A DNA stretch of 42,519 nt, taken from the NCBI GenBank assembly GCA_003990765.1, contig RBNJ01000088.1:1-42519 (forward strand). Reading direction: 5' to 3'. The DNA is from Jimgerdemannia flammicorona. Taxonomy: Eukaryota. Below are positions 21,129 through 30,943 of this stretch, one piece after another. Numbering within the stretch: the first letter of the stretch is position 1; each line of letters opens with the position of its first letter. Made by a program: the position numbers and the translations under genes. Under the pieces are notes generated by a model. That model was not told the origin of the DNA. It was given only the letters and a program-made list of their open reading frames with translations, and searched no databases.

Positions 21129-21914
21129 TTATTTATTTATAGTAATTTTGTTTGCTATTTCAATGACATTTGCTGAAAAATTGTCACAATTAATTGAATG
21201 CTCACCATCGCACACGCTGCCCTGCACGCAATCATACCATTCTAGTATGCGCAATATCATATAGCTCCGAAAGATATTTTCGCAAACTTCAGGGATATCG
21301 GCACCAAAGAAATTGTCGGAACATTTGCTGCAAATTACTATTCTGAAAACAGCTTGGATATCTTTCAAAACCTGCATAAACGTTTGCACATTAAACTGAT
21401 TTTGTTGGGTATAGACATTTTGCAAAACAAATCCCATGCGACATGCTGTATCGAGAATTGCAGATGCGGAATTGTCGGAGGCGGCGATGAGAAAGCGTGT
21501 GTTCATTTTTAGGTTCAGCCATTCACATTTTATCACGTGTGGCGTAAAAACGGTGGCAAATGATCCAATATTCGATATTGGAAATAGCATCTGAATGCAG
21601 CTTGTGATTGAAGCGAAGACAAACTGAATCTGTGGACCGATGTTTGTCTGCAAATTTGAGCATAGTTTTGCATTCGGTCGTTGAGCGGGATTTCGTTTGT
21701 TTGTTTGTGATTGACACGATTCTCCTGCACTCGTACAACGCTTGCAAGGAACCCCTTGACACGTCTTTTTCAAAACTTTGCATCGTGCACACACCACGCC
21801 GTTCTTACTCCGTTTGCTAGAATTTTCATTCCCATGTGTGCATTTCTTCTTTTTTTTGCGACATACAGAACATGCCGTGTGGACAGGGGCGGTTGTCGGG
21901 GCGGGTGTGTCCAT
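21129..21914 (-). CDS. Fungal-type Zn2Cys6 (Gal4-like) DNA-binding protein
   Basis: CARCKVLKKTCQGVPCKRCTSAGESC is a six-Cys cluster, preceded by the half motif CSVCRKKKKKCTH. Likely ATG at 21914 (the ORF track extends to 21968). Confidence 0.82.
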   Translation of the reverse strand: MDTPAPTTAPVHTACSVCRKKKKKCTHGNENSSKRSKNGVVCARCKVLKKTCQGVPCKRCTSAGESCQSQTNKRNPAQRPNAKLCSNLQTNIGPQIQFVFASITSCIQMLFPISNIGSFATVFTPHVIKCEWLNLKMNTRFLIAASDNSASAILDTACRMGFVLQNVYTQQNQFNVQTFMQVLKDIQAVFRIVICSKCSDNFFGADIPEVCENIFRSYMILRILEWYDCVQGSVCDGEHSINCDNFSANVIEIANKITINK

Positions 21915-22017
21915 CAGCAGCCGGGGTTGTTGAGTAAATATTATGTAACGTGATATATATACAAACACAATATCAAACTGCGGATTTTTAGTATAAAAAT
22001 GATTTAAAAAAAAATAT

Positions 22018-22281
22018 ATGTATGTTCACAAAATGATTCCAAAGTGCCAATTGTGTGCTAAAGATATGACAATTCCCATATACCACCAGTGTCAATGCTG
22101 CTACCGTTGCTTTTGGCTATATTGCGATGTCTGCGACAAATTCAGCCATTGTGTCGGATGTGCATTTTCCATTAATTGCAAAACATGTCAAAATTCAAGA
22201 ACGAACGAGCTGTGTCACGAATGTCAGATCACTCGCGATAAGTTTGCACACATTAACCAAGTACGCCTAAAATCACAGTAA
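22018..22281 (+). CDS. Small Cys-rich (multiple CxxC) protein
   Basis: Six or more CxxC pairs in 87 aa, with TATAAAAA at 21992. Confidence 0.6.
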   Translation: MYVHKMIPKCQLCAKDMTIPIYHQCQCCYRCFWLYCDVCDKFSHCVGCAFSINCKTCQNSRTNELCHECQITRDKFAHINQVRLKSQ

Positions 22282-22570
22282 ATATGTATCAACACGCCTT
22301 TACTTTGTAAATATGTTAGATTTCATACTTGATATGGACAAATAGTATAGCTATTACATTCTATGTATTGGAATTTTTTTACATAACTGACTATTTTGAA
22401 CCAAGTGTTATTATTTCTACACACGCTAGGCTGATTATTGTAAACACGTGATGAGCGATTTATGCGAATTTTGACGCATAAAAATGTCGAACTCGACATT
22501 TTTATGCGTCAAAATGTGATTGGTAGTTGTATTATATTGTCGGAGTATAGATTTATACTATTCTGGAACG

Positions 22571-23767
22571 TCATGCAATCCGTTTGTAGCCTATGCCATC
22601 TGGTGTATTACTAAATTCGAACTTCTCTAACATTGTTGATAATCTTTTCGTGTGTACCAACTCCAGTTTCGGACACTGTGATATTACCACATGAACAAAT
22701 GTTTCTGTTAATTTGTAGCAATCCTCTACATTCAACAGCTTTAGTTGGGGTAAATTCACTTGGAAAATATCCTGTCCGACGATTTGGGTGCATCTGGCAA
22801 TATTCAAAGTTTCCAATAGAATCATATGTTTGCATATGCAATCAAGAACAGCATCGGTGCCAACTGTTCCAGATCGAAAATTGATTGTTCGTAGCGTTTT
22901 TTTGCGAGCCAACACCAGAGTTTCCAGCGATTTGGAAACTACCGGAATTTCTCCGCTGAATCCTAGCAGTTCCAAATGTTCGAGGAGGGTACAATGCTGT
23001 GAAACCATTTCCAAGAATGTAACCGTGTTTGATTTGTTAAATCCACGATTGTAATTTACTATGAGCTTGCGCAAATTTTGCCATTGTTCAGCGCCTTTTG
23101 AGAATTCCAATACATTCATGTCAAACAACACCACGACAAGCATGGTGCGGAGTTTCGGACATTGCATATTCTTTGTAATAATAGCATCCACTAGACATTC
23201 CTTATTATTGTGTGCACAATACCCATATTCATATCTTTTAAAGCCCCATAGCTTCGTCGCATTACGTATCAAGTTTGCAATAGCATCGATAACCTGGCTG
23301 TAAAATCGTCCGTTTTCACAGCAGAGATTGTGAATGCCCGAAATTTTGAGATGTTTAAGTTGACCGGCACAAGGTGCAATGGCATTGATGAACATGGCGA
23401 CATCCTCTCGAGCAACCTTGTATGGAAAATACGACATGTCGACGCTTAGAGCCATGAATTTTAGATATTTGATTATCGCGCAGATAGATCTAGCCCGATC
23501 ATGGTTGAAAATACCACCCCCAATATCAACCAGATCCGTAATGGTTAGATCGACTTTATGATAGTGGGTTGTGAAGAATCCGCGGGCCAGCAGATTTTCG
23601 ATGCTCTGAAGATCTGCGATCGTGTATGTGTAGAATTGTATACAATGTGGTGATAATCGCATCACACAGTCGTTCCACAGACGTGAAACTATTCTAAATT
23701 GGTCGCGTTCATCAAGCCAGTACAAGATGGATAACACAAGTTCTGACATTCCCATTACACGCTCCAT
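22571..23767 (-). CDS. F-box/LRR protein
   Basis: N-terminal MSELVLSILYWL...VSRLWND and C-terminal cysteine-containing LRRs (LETLNIARCTQI, LKLLNVEDCYKL, CPKLELV). Confidence 0.85.
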   Translation of the reverse strand: MERVMGMSELVLSILYWLDERDQFRIVSRLWNDCVMRLSPHCIQFYTYTIADLQSIENLLARGFFTTHYHKVDLTITDLVDIGGGIFNHDRARSICAIIKYLKFMALSVDMSYFPYKVAREDVAMFINAIAPCAGQLKHLKISGIHNLCCENGRFYSQVIDAIANLIRNATKLWGFKRYEYGYCAHNNKECLVDAIITKNMQCPKLRTMLVVVLFDMNVLEFSKGAEQWQNLRKLIVNYNRGFNKSNTVTFLEMVSQHCTLLEHLELLGFSGEIPVVSKSLETLVLARKKTLRTINFRSGTVGTDAVLDCICKHMILLETLNIARCTQIVGQDIFQVNLPQLKLLNVEDCYKLTETFVHVVISQCPKLELVHTKRLSTMLEKFEFSNTPDGIGYKRIA

Positions 23768-23981
23768 GTTTTAAGAGGGTTCATATTTTTTTTTTTTACA
23801 ATAATATATAACACGTCAATATGTGTAATGATGTAATCAGGAATTCCCCCCTGAATACCCCCCACCCCACCCCACCATGCCCCTATTCCATAAGAGTGGT
23901 ATTCTAAAATGCGACAGTTCTGAGAATGCTGCTTCTGAGATGTATAGCGATTATAAAAAAGATGGAATAATTAACTGAAGA

Positions 23982-24692
23982 ATGTCTATGTCTACAAAGA
24001 TGTCTCACTATTCTTCTACTCATTATAAGGCAATTGTGAATTATAGAAATGGTAGACAGCAGACAAAACATATAATTGAGATGCCGTCATTGGACTATTT
24101 TAGAGAAACTCGCGGATCATGTCGTGCTATGAAGAATAGCAATTATTGCATTATATGTAGAGAATTTACAGTGCGTAGAAAACACGAGTGCAGCGAGTAC
24201 GATTACGACGAGTTTGATCCGGGTTCAGACAATGAAACTAATCGGCTTGTATTAAAATTGCGAAAGGAGAATTGGTTCGTGCTTGATGCCGGTTTTATCA
24301 AGATCACTGACGATATCCAAAAATCGCACAACATTTCTCGACTGACCGATATGATTCGCACTGAAATCCCACTCCATCCGAAAATCAACGAGCTCTTTGA
24401 TGCCACCAGATCACCTATTAGCTCTGTGCAGGAAATAATTCGTGGTTTTATTGTTGAATTTTTTAATTCACGTGATATAATCAACATTCGAATTGATGAA
24501 GACAGCTTCAAATACATTTATTTTTATGGTGATTTAGATGATGAAAGTCTGGTCTTGTATGCTATATGTCTTGTATTATTATATGAACGCGGTTCCATCC
24601 GCGATGATTTTATACATGTATGTTACTTTCGGCTGAAGGATTGTGTCTTTGACAACCTTCATATTCTCACCGACGTTCCATGGTGGAAATAA
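23982..24692 (+). CDS. Hypothetical protein
   Basis: 236-aa ORF with upstream TATAAAAA (23952) and a CxxC...H.C motif. Confidence 0.7.
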   Translation: MSMSTKMSHYSSTHYKAIVNYRNGRQQTKHIIEMPSLDYFRETRGSCRAMKNSNYCIICREFTVRRKHECSEYDYDEFDPGSDNETNRLVLKLRKENWFVLDAGFIKITDDIQKSHNISRLTDMIRTEIPLHPKINELFDATRSPISSVQEIIRGFIVEFFNSRDIINIRIDEDSFKYIYFYGDLDDESLVLYAICLVLLYERGSIRDDFIHVCYFRLKDCVFDNLHILTDVPWWK

Positions 24693-24703
24693 AATATTAT
24701 ACA

Positions 24704-25090
24704 TCATCCAATTCTATACAAAATATCACCACTAAATATACAAGATATCAGATAGTTTAGAACGATGGAAAATGTTCCCAATATAATCGTTCTAAACAAT
24801 AGAATAAATGCCAGATTAACATTTAGAGCCAAAAATACTCCACAGTAAAGAATCATAAGCACAAGAGCGATATCAATAAATACTATGATATAGATTGCCT
24901 CGGTGATATTAAATGGCTCGCTGTCTCCCATGTGAATGCGTCGGGAGATTGCGCTATTGAATTGATTCATTGCAGATATCGAAATATCCTTAAAGCTGGT
25001 AAATGCATCAACAACATCGCTTGGATAGCATATTACAAAAAAGCCTGCAATCGTTAGAAGTATTACAATATATAAAATAGTATAATACAT
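24704..25090 (-). CDS. Small membrane protein
   Basis: Three hydrophobic segments. Likely start MYYTILY (ATG ~25090). Confidence 0.55.
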   Translation of the reverse strand: MYYTILYIVILLTIAGFFVICYPSDVVDAFTSFKDISISAMNQFNSAISRRIHMGDSEPFNITEAIYIIVFIDIALVLMILYCGVFLALNVNLAFILLFRTIILGTFSIVLNYLISCIFSGDILYRIG

Positions 25091-25221
25091 TGTCTGCTCG
25101 CACCGCCACCACCCCCCCCCCACACCCCTTTTTAACCATCGGTAATGATGTGATCATGATTATAATATAGCCGTATATTACCGGATGTACATCGATCTTC
25201 CTACCAAAAAAAAAAAACACA

Positions 25222-26379
25222 ATGTCGATTCCATTTGATATATTGATAACAATATTTAGTCTATTAGACGATCCGGTCGACAGGATATGCTTTTCAGCTG
25301 TGAATCGGGCCTGGAACGAATGTGCCAAATCTCGAAAGAAATATACACAATTTTGTCTGTGTGTCGGCGATTACTCATTCCTCGATTTGTGTCGAACTGC
25401 CTCTGCTCTTATCGGATTAGGTGCTGGTCATTATAGAGACGAAAGTCTGGTTGCAATAGACATGCGCGCACGCGATATTCTAGAGCTGGATAGACGTGGT
25501 TTATTCCGCTATACGGTAGACGGGTCGTACATCTACTCCAATCTTGTTGGATCGGTTGTGCAGACAATTATTGAACACGCACGATCCTTGAATGATGTGC
25601 GCATCGATTTTGGCTCGATCCGGGATCGTGGACGGCCGGTGCAACTTGGTAATTTTCTGGCAGTAATTCTGGCTACTGTGGATCGATTGTCGCGACTTAC
25701 CGTTAACGATTGCATGCTTGCATATGCTATAATTCCCCGATTGTGCCAGCCCAGCACATTGACACATCTGAATCTCCGATACGGAAATCACCGATTTGAT
25801 ATACGGTGGTTGTCGCGGATGGCCGACCATCTAAAATACAATACAACGTTGCGACAACTGAATCTCCAATGGAATTGTATCGGCGACGATGGTGCATTCG
25901 CTATTGCAAAATCGCTTCGGACGAATACGACTCTTACAAGCCTAAATCTTGGATGGAATCGAATCCAGGATAGAGGTGCAGTCGAACTAGCATATTTAAT
26001 CAGCGGTATGTGCCAGTTGCAGGAGTTGAATATCGAGGGAAATTGCATCAACACCGTTGGCGCAACCGCCATATCCGAGAGTTTAAAGACAAATCAGTCT
26101 TTGCAGATTTTAAATCTGAGCTCGAACAATATTCACAAAGATGGTGCAATAGCTCTTGCTCGATGTCTGGTTCACAATTGCACATTGAAACGGCTGTACA
26201 TATATGGAAATTATGTTGGCGATGAATGTGCAATCGAATTCGCAAAATCGTTGATGGTAAACACGACCCTGTCAAACATTGTTCTTAGTTGGTGCGAATT
26301 GAGCAATGTTGGAATTACCGCACTGGACAAAATGCTAATATTGAACAGACACCTGACAGTTTCATATTTCGACATATAA
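25222..26379 (+). CDS. F-box plus RNI-like LRR protein
   Basis: IPFDILITIFSLL...FSAVNRAWN F-box and repeated NTTLxxLNLxWNxIxDxGA motifs. Confidence 0.9.
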   Translation: MSIPFDILITIFSLLDDPVDRICFSAVNRAWNECAKSRKKYTQFCLCVGDYSFLDLCRTASALIGLGAGHYRDESLVAIDMRARDILELDRRGLFRYTVDGSYIYSNLVGSVVQTIIEHARSLNDVRIDFGSIRDRGRPVQLGNFLAVILATVDRLSRLTVNDCMLAYAIIPRLCQPSTLTHLNLRYGNHRFDIRWLSRMADHLKYNTTLRQLNLQWNCIGDDGAFAIAKSLRTNTTLTSLNLGWNRIQDRGAVELAYLISGMCQLQELNIEGNCINTVGATAISESLKTNQSLQILNLSSNNIHKDGAIALARCLVHNCTLKRLYIYGNYVGDECAIEFAKSLMVNTTLSNIVLSWCELSNVGITALDKMLILNRHLTVSYFDI

Positions 26380-26463
26380 TTATACCCCCTACCTCCCTTT
26401 TTTTTTCAGGGATGTATAATATAAAAAAAAAAGTATGAAATCGGAAAATAACGGCATACCAAA

Positions 26464-27669
26464 ATGTTACCGGACGAACTGTTGTTCGAGATTGCAATAT
26501 TCTGCAATTCTAAAGAGGATACAATCGCATTTCTATTAACATGCAAAAGAATATATTCAATCGTCTATAACCGACGAGTCGGATACATCTCTAAAAAGTA
26601 TGGCGCGAATTTACATCGGGCAATGCGCGATGTTCCGCAATTTTTCGACCTGCATGCCACGCGCCAGATCATTCAAAACAATCTAATTAATAATACAAAT
26701 GGACACCAGACATTGCTGCACCAGGCAACTCGACAGGGTCTGGCCGATGCAGTAGATGTGCTGTTGAATGTGATTTCGGTGAATTCAACGAACTTGTACA
26801 GCGCAACTCCGCTGCATATCGTCGCCCACACTGGCGCTCTTGACATTTTCAACCGATTGATCCAAGCTCCTGATGCCGATTTGAATGCACGCGATAATTT
26901 CGGTGCCACGCCACTGCATGTGGCTGTATCCATGCGTCACCACGGCATTGTGCACCGACTGTTAAACATACATGGAGTGCGCACTACGATCAAGAATGTC
27001 CGTTGCAGGACTCCGTTGCAAATAGCTATTGAACAGGGCGATTTAGATATATGCCGTCTGTTTATGAACCGCGGTCAGATCATACACCGAGTGGCAAATC
27101 GGGGAACACTGCTCCATATTGCTGTGGATGCAGGGAAAGACCACATAGTCCGCGAACTGGTTAGCCACATGGGCGCCGATGTGAATGCGATTGATATGGT
27201 GCACCAACGACCAATTCATCATGCAGTTGTGCGGCAAAATACGCTGATAACGGCAATGCTGATTCACGAACTCGGAGCCGATATCAATGCTAAAGACCAG
27301 TATGGATGGACTCCTCTTCACCATGCTGCTGTAGCCCAACGATCGGATTGCACACACATTTTGCTCCAACATGTCCAAATCGATCCCAATGTGCAAAATT
27401 ACAAAGGATACACGCCTCTGCACATGTCGGTGCTCACGGGAAGCGCAGTGAATATGCAGATACTGTGTGAGCATCGTGATATCGACGTTGACAGACCCAA
27501 CAACAAGCTGGAAACTCCACTGATAGATGCTATAAGCAGCATACAGTTTGATACCGTTCGGCTGCTGGTCAGCAGATACGGAGCACAAATTACAAATAAA
27601 ACAATATTTGCAGCTATACACTGTGGAAATGCCGATATTCTCCATTTTTTACAAAATTTTATTCAATAA
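26464..27669 (+). CDS. F-box plus ankyrin-repeat protein
   Basis: MLPDELLFEIAIF...FLLTCKRIY and many TPLH motifs. Confidence 0.92.
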   Translation: MLPDELLFEIAIFCNSKEDTIAFLLTCKRIYSIVYNRRVGYISKKYGANLHRAMRDVPQFFDLHATRQIIQNNLINNTNGHQTLLHQATRQGLADAVDVLLNVISVNSTNLYSATPLHIVAHTGALDIFNRLIQAPDADLNARDNFGATPLHVAVSMRHHGIVHRLLNIHGVRTTIKNVRCRTPLQIAIEQGDLDICRLFMNRGQIIHRVANRGTLLHIAVDAGKDHIVRELVSHMGADVNAIDMVHQRPIHHAVVRQNTLITAMLIHELGADINAKDQYGWTPLHHAAVAQRSDCTHILLQHVQIDPNVQNYKGYTPLHMSVLTGSAVNMQILCEHRDIDVDRPNNKLETPLIDAISSIQFDTVRLLVSRYGAQITNKTIFAAIHCGNADILHFLQNFIQ

Positions 27670-27806
27670 CATAATTTATACAATAGAAACTGTAATTACA
27701 CTAATAGCGATTTTCTAAAATTGACGCATAAAAATGTCGAGTTCGACTTTTTTTATGCGTCAAATTGATAATTCGGATCTCCCGAAATTTATATTGGGCA
27801 CACGGT

Positions 27807-28982
27807 TTATAATATGGGCACACGATCAGATGGGGAAATTTTTCGTCTCCATGAACAACCTGAATATCGAGTAAATCCACGATTTTCTATCTCTGATACA
27901 TCAATCCCATTGTATAATATATTTATCATGTCTGCACTCAGGATTCGGTTCCAAAACTGATCGTCGATATGAATACAATCCATAATACATATATTATGTA
28001 TCTTCGATTCGGTAATCTCTTTTGGTATAGATATGTTTGTGCATTGTGTCAATGACAATGATACGAGTGCTCGTCCATGATACAAGATTTTTTCCAATGT
28101 TTGATATTCTTGAAAATCTATTCCACCTAATGACACGCGTTTTAGAAGAATGCACCGTTGCACAATTTGCACGATTGCATCTTGCTCTTGCTGTTTATGC
28201 AGCCCACCGCTATCACATCCACGTGTAAATTCTAAAATAGTGAGATGGTTACATGTTTCTGCAACCTGGACAAACAATGCATGGCATTCGTTTCTGAGAT
28301 CGTGAATACTGAGTGAGCGTAGATTTGACCAATTTTTAACGCATAAATGCAATTCTGGGAATTTTGATTCCCGGATTGAAATGTGATGCATATTGCGGGC
28401 TGAAAGTGCTGAAACAAGATCGGGATACTGATCAGTACTACACATATCTAACCATTTGAGTTTTGGTAGACTGCGAACTAAATCGGTAAGTCCATCGTCA
28501 ACTAGCCGGTGTGTGTGTTTCAAAACGATCAGATTCTCTATGGTGCGGTAGCACGGGGGGAGGATGTTGTATGGGGGCTCGCATTTGGTTGCTGCGAGAT
28601 ACCACTGATCTGAAAATTGGATCTTGAGTGTTTTCACGTTTTGCGCAAGCGATAAAATCTTGGGGAGGTAAGTTTGATTATGTATATTTCTAAACCAATC
28701 GTCGCACACATAAATATGAATGCTCTTGATAATGTGTGCATCGTTAAGCAGCAATTTGTGCGATTCTTCAAGCAAAGAACACATTCTTTCGATCTGGTGT
28801 GGAGTATGGTTACCGTAGTAAAATAGTTCTTGAAGCGATGTATTATCAACCTGGCGGCGTGACATACAACGCCATTGTTTACACACCAATGAAATTGAGA
28901 ATAAATCATATTTAAACGAACGCTGATTACAATACGCAAATATTTGCAAGAGCAACTCTGTGGGAAGTGATTGTATTGACAT
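27807..28982 (-). CDS. F-box/LRR protein
   Basis: IQSLPTELLLQIFAY...ISLVCKQWR is a canonical F-box, followed by an LRR-like C-terminus. Confidence 0.9.
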   Translation of the reverse strand: MSIQSLPTELLLQIFAYCNQRSFKYDLFSISLVCKQWRCMSRRQVDNTSLQELFYYGNHTPHQIERMCSLLEESHKLLLNDAHIIKSIHIYVCDDWFRNIHNQTYLPKILSLAQNVKTLKIQFSDQWYLAATKCEPPYNILPPCYRTIENLIVLKHTHRLVDDGLTDLVRSLPKLKWLDMCSTDQYPDLVSALSARNMHHISIRESKFPELHLCVKNWSNLRSLSIHDLRNECHALFVQVAETCNHLTILEFTRGCDSGGLHKQQEQDAIVQIVQRCILLKRVSLGGIDFQEYQTLEKILYHGRALVSLSLTQCTNISIPKEITESKIHNICIMDCIHIDDQFWNRILSADMINILYNGIDVSEIENRGFTRYSGCSWRRKISPSDRVPIL

Positions 28983-29103
28983 TTTTAAGTATCACGTAAT
29001 ACATGTTGGATTCTATATACAAGTGTCTTGCATTTTTAAACCGTTGGATTTATTCAGTTCAAAATAGTTTTCGCGTGGCTGATTAGTATTATGCAATCGA
29101 GAT

Positions 29104-29422
29104 TTGACGCTTAAAAATGTCGAGTCTAGCATTTTTAAGCGTCAATTAAATAATCGTCTATTACAGCACGTGTATTACGTAATCACAATTGGCGCTTAAA
29201 AATGTCGAGTCTAGCATTTTTATGCGTCGAATTTGCACTGTTCAACGACAGAATGACAATTTTCAATAATAAACTATTAATTCACGAGATGGGTTTTTGG
29301 CTGAGATTACATGGTGCATAAAATGGCGGGTCTAGAATTAACGTTATCCAGTTGACTTCATGTTTAACGAGTTTATAAATTTGACGCATAAAAATGCTAG
29401 ACTCGACATTTTTAAGCGTCAA
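29104..29422. repeat. Intergenic cluster of three palindromes plus one degenerate copy
   Basis: Copies at 29104, 29189, ~29312 (degenerate) and 29381, between divergent genes. Confidence 0.9.
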
Positions 29423-29501
29423 ATATGGATGCTAGACTAAAATGGGTAGCATAAAATAGCGAGGGATGGGGGGGAGGGTAGCTGTGTGTGGGCATCAAAC
29501 C

Positions 29502-30098
29502 ATGTTCTATTATATTGATGATGGAAGATACTCGCTTACATCTGGTTCATACAGCTGGAACTTTGACTATGAAAAAGCATTGTTTATACAAGCAGCAATA
29601 AAATACCTGCAGATAGATTTACCCGAATACCAACGAATGCGACGCCCAAATTGCATTGCCGATAATACTCGGAGCAAACGACAAAAGCACGACGACGAGA
29701 GTTACTGGTATATCAGATCAACAGACAAAATACCACATACTGAACAAGACAAAGCTGTGCTGATCATCGGCAGCTGGTTGCGACCATACGATTCTGAGTC
29801 GCGTTTTTATTACAGCGCCAACTTTATCAATTACGAGGCGATTAACAAACACCCAGTTCATCCAATTCCCGAGCTTGTCAATGTCGGACTTGCGGGTTTG
29901 GAATGGTTTGTCAGCTACCGCGTATCTGGCACAAAATTGAGTAACGGACAGAGTATCGATATTGCAGACACAATTATGAAAATATCGCCATATATGGACG
30001 AAAGTGTTGGCGATCAACGATATTTCATGGCGAAACATCTGAAAAGATCTGCAAAAAATAACCGTTTGGTCATGTTTATCACAGAGTATGATTATTAG
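29502..30098 (+). CDS. Hypothetical protein
   Basis: ORF 29466-30098 with the probable start at the second ATG (29502). No domain recognised. Confidence 0.65.
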   Translation: MFYYIDDGRYSLTSGSYSWNFDYEKALFIQAAIKYLQIDLPEYQRMRRPNCIADNTRSKRQKHDDESYWYIRSTDKIPHTEQDKAVLIIGSWLRPYDSESRFYYSANFINYEAINKHPVHPIPELVNVGLAGLEWFVSYRVSGTKLSNGQSIDIADTIMKISPYMDESVGDQRYFMAKHLKRSAKNNRLVMFITEYDY

Positions 30099-30841
30099 AC
30101 ATAGCCTCCAAACTTTGTTATGCTCATACGTAAATCTGTCAATAGATTTCGAAATCCGTTTTCAAATACATCTATATTAACATTTTCACCACGATTGATC
30201 AATTTTTGCATTATAACAATGGAGTATTCGATTTCAGAGATTGTGGCGCTGATGTTCTTCCTCACATTTTCCAATCTATATTTATCAAGTTTGTCCATGT
30301 TTTTGCGACAGTATTCCACATCATTGGGTTTTATAATTGCATCGCAGTACGATTTAAGTTGATCTAAACAACCAGAAATTTCCAAGCAAACTCGGTTTAC
30401 GCTGGCAGCCCGATCGTTCACCTGCACCAATTCTATTTTAATGGCATCCATAATTGGCGGTGAATATACTCCGACTGTCTGCAGTTTCAAAGACTTGGCG
30501 TCCCACAAACGCAGTGTATTTTCTATACTATGCTCCAGCCAAATTGTCGCATTTCGGCCACGCATAATCGTCTCGAGCAAATTTGTAAATGGTTTAATCC
30601 GCATATCTTTGGTCTTTGGATCGGTATCTATATAATATTCGGTTTGCAATATTAGGCTTCCAACTGTCCAACACATTGATTCGAAATATTTTCTGATCGA
30701 ATGAACGTTGGATCGAGAATCGGTAGTTATTTTTTTGTAATGAATATCATTGTGTCGCCAGCTGTATCCGTAGAAAATAGCAACAGACAGTGCGAGTATT
30801 ATGGAAATCGTGTGTGTCAATTTCATTTTGCGGTTTGCCAA
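30095..30841 (-). CDS. Hypothetical N-terminally anchored helical/coiled-coil protein
   Basis: Hydrophobic N-terminus (ISIILALSVAIFYG) and a 4-bp overlap with the convergent gene. Confidence 0.7.
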   Translation of the reverse strand: MANRKMKLTHTISIILALSVAIFYGYSWRHNDIHYKKITTDSRSNVHSIRKYFESMCWTVGSLILQTEYYIDTDPKTKDMRIKPFTNLLETIMRGRNATIWLEHSIENTLRLWDAKSLKLQTVGVYSPPIMDAIKIELVQVNDRAASVNRVCLEISGCLDQLKSYCDAIIKPNDVEYCRKNMDKLDKYRLENVRKNISATISEIEYSIVIMQKLINRGENVNIDVFENGFRNLLTDLRMSITKFGGYV

Positions 30842-30943
30842 TCTAAAAGGTTGGGCGCATTTTTTATATATTTATGTTACACAAATTTTCATAATCATTT
30901 AGTCATATTTATTAATAAATATTGTCAATACATATATAACAAA

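Noticed and set aside
27043-27645. 200-aa minus-strand ORF and similar nested ORFs inside long genes
   Set aside because: They are antisense or out-of-frame to well-supported ankyrin, LRR and vWA genes and show no domain signal.
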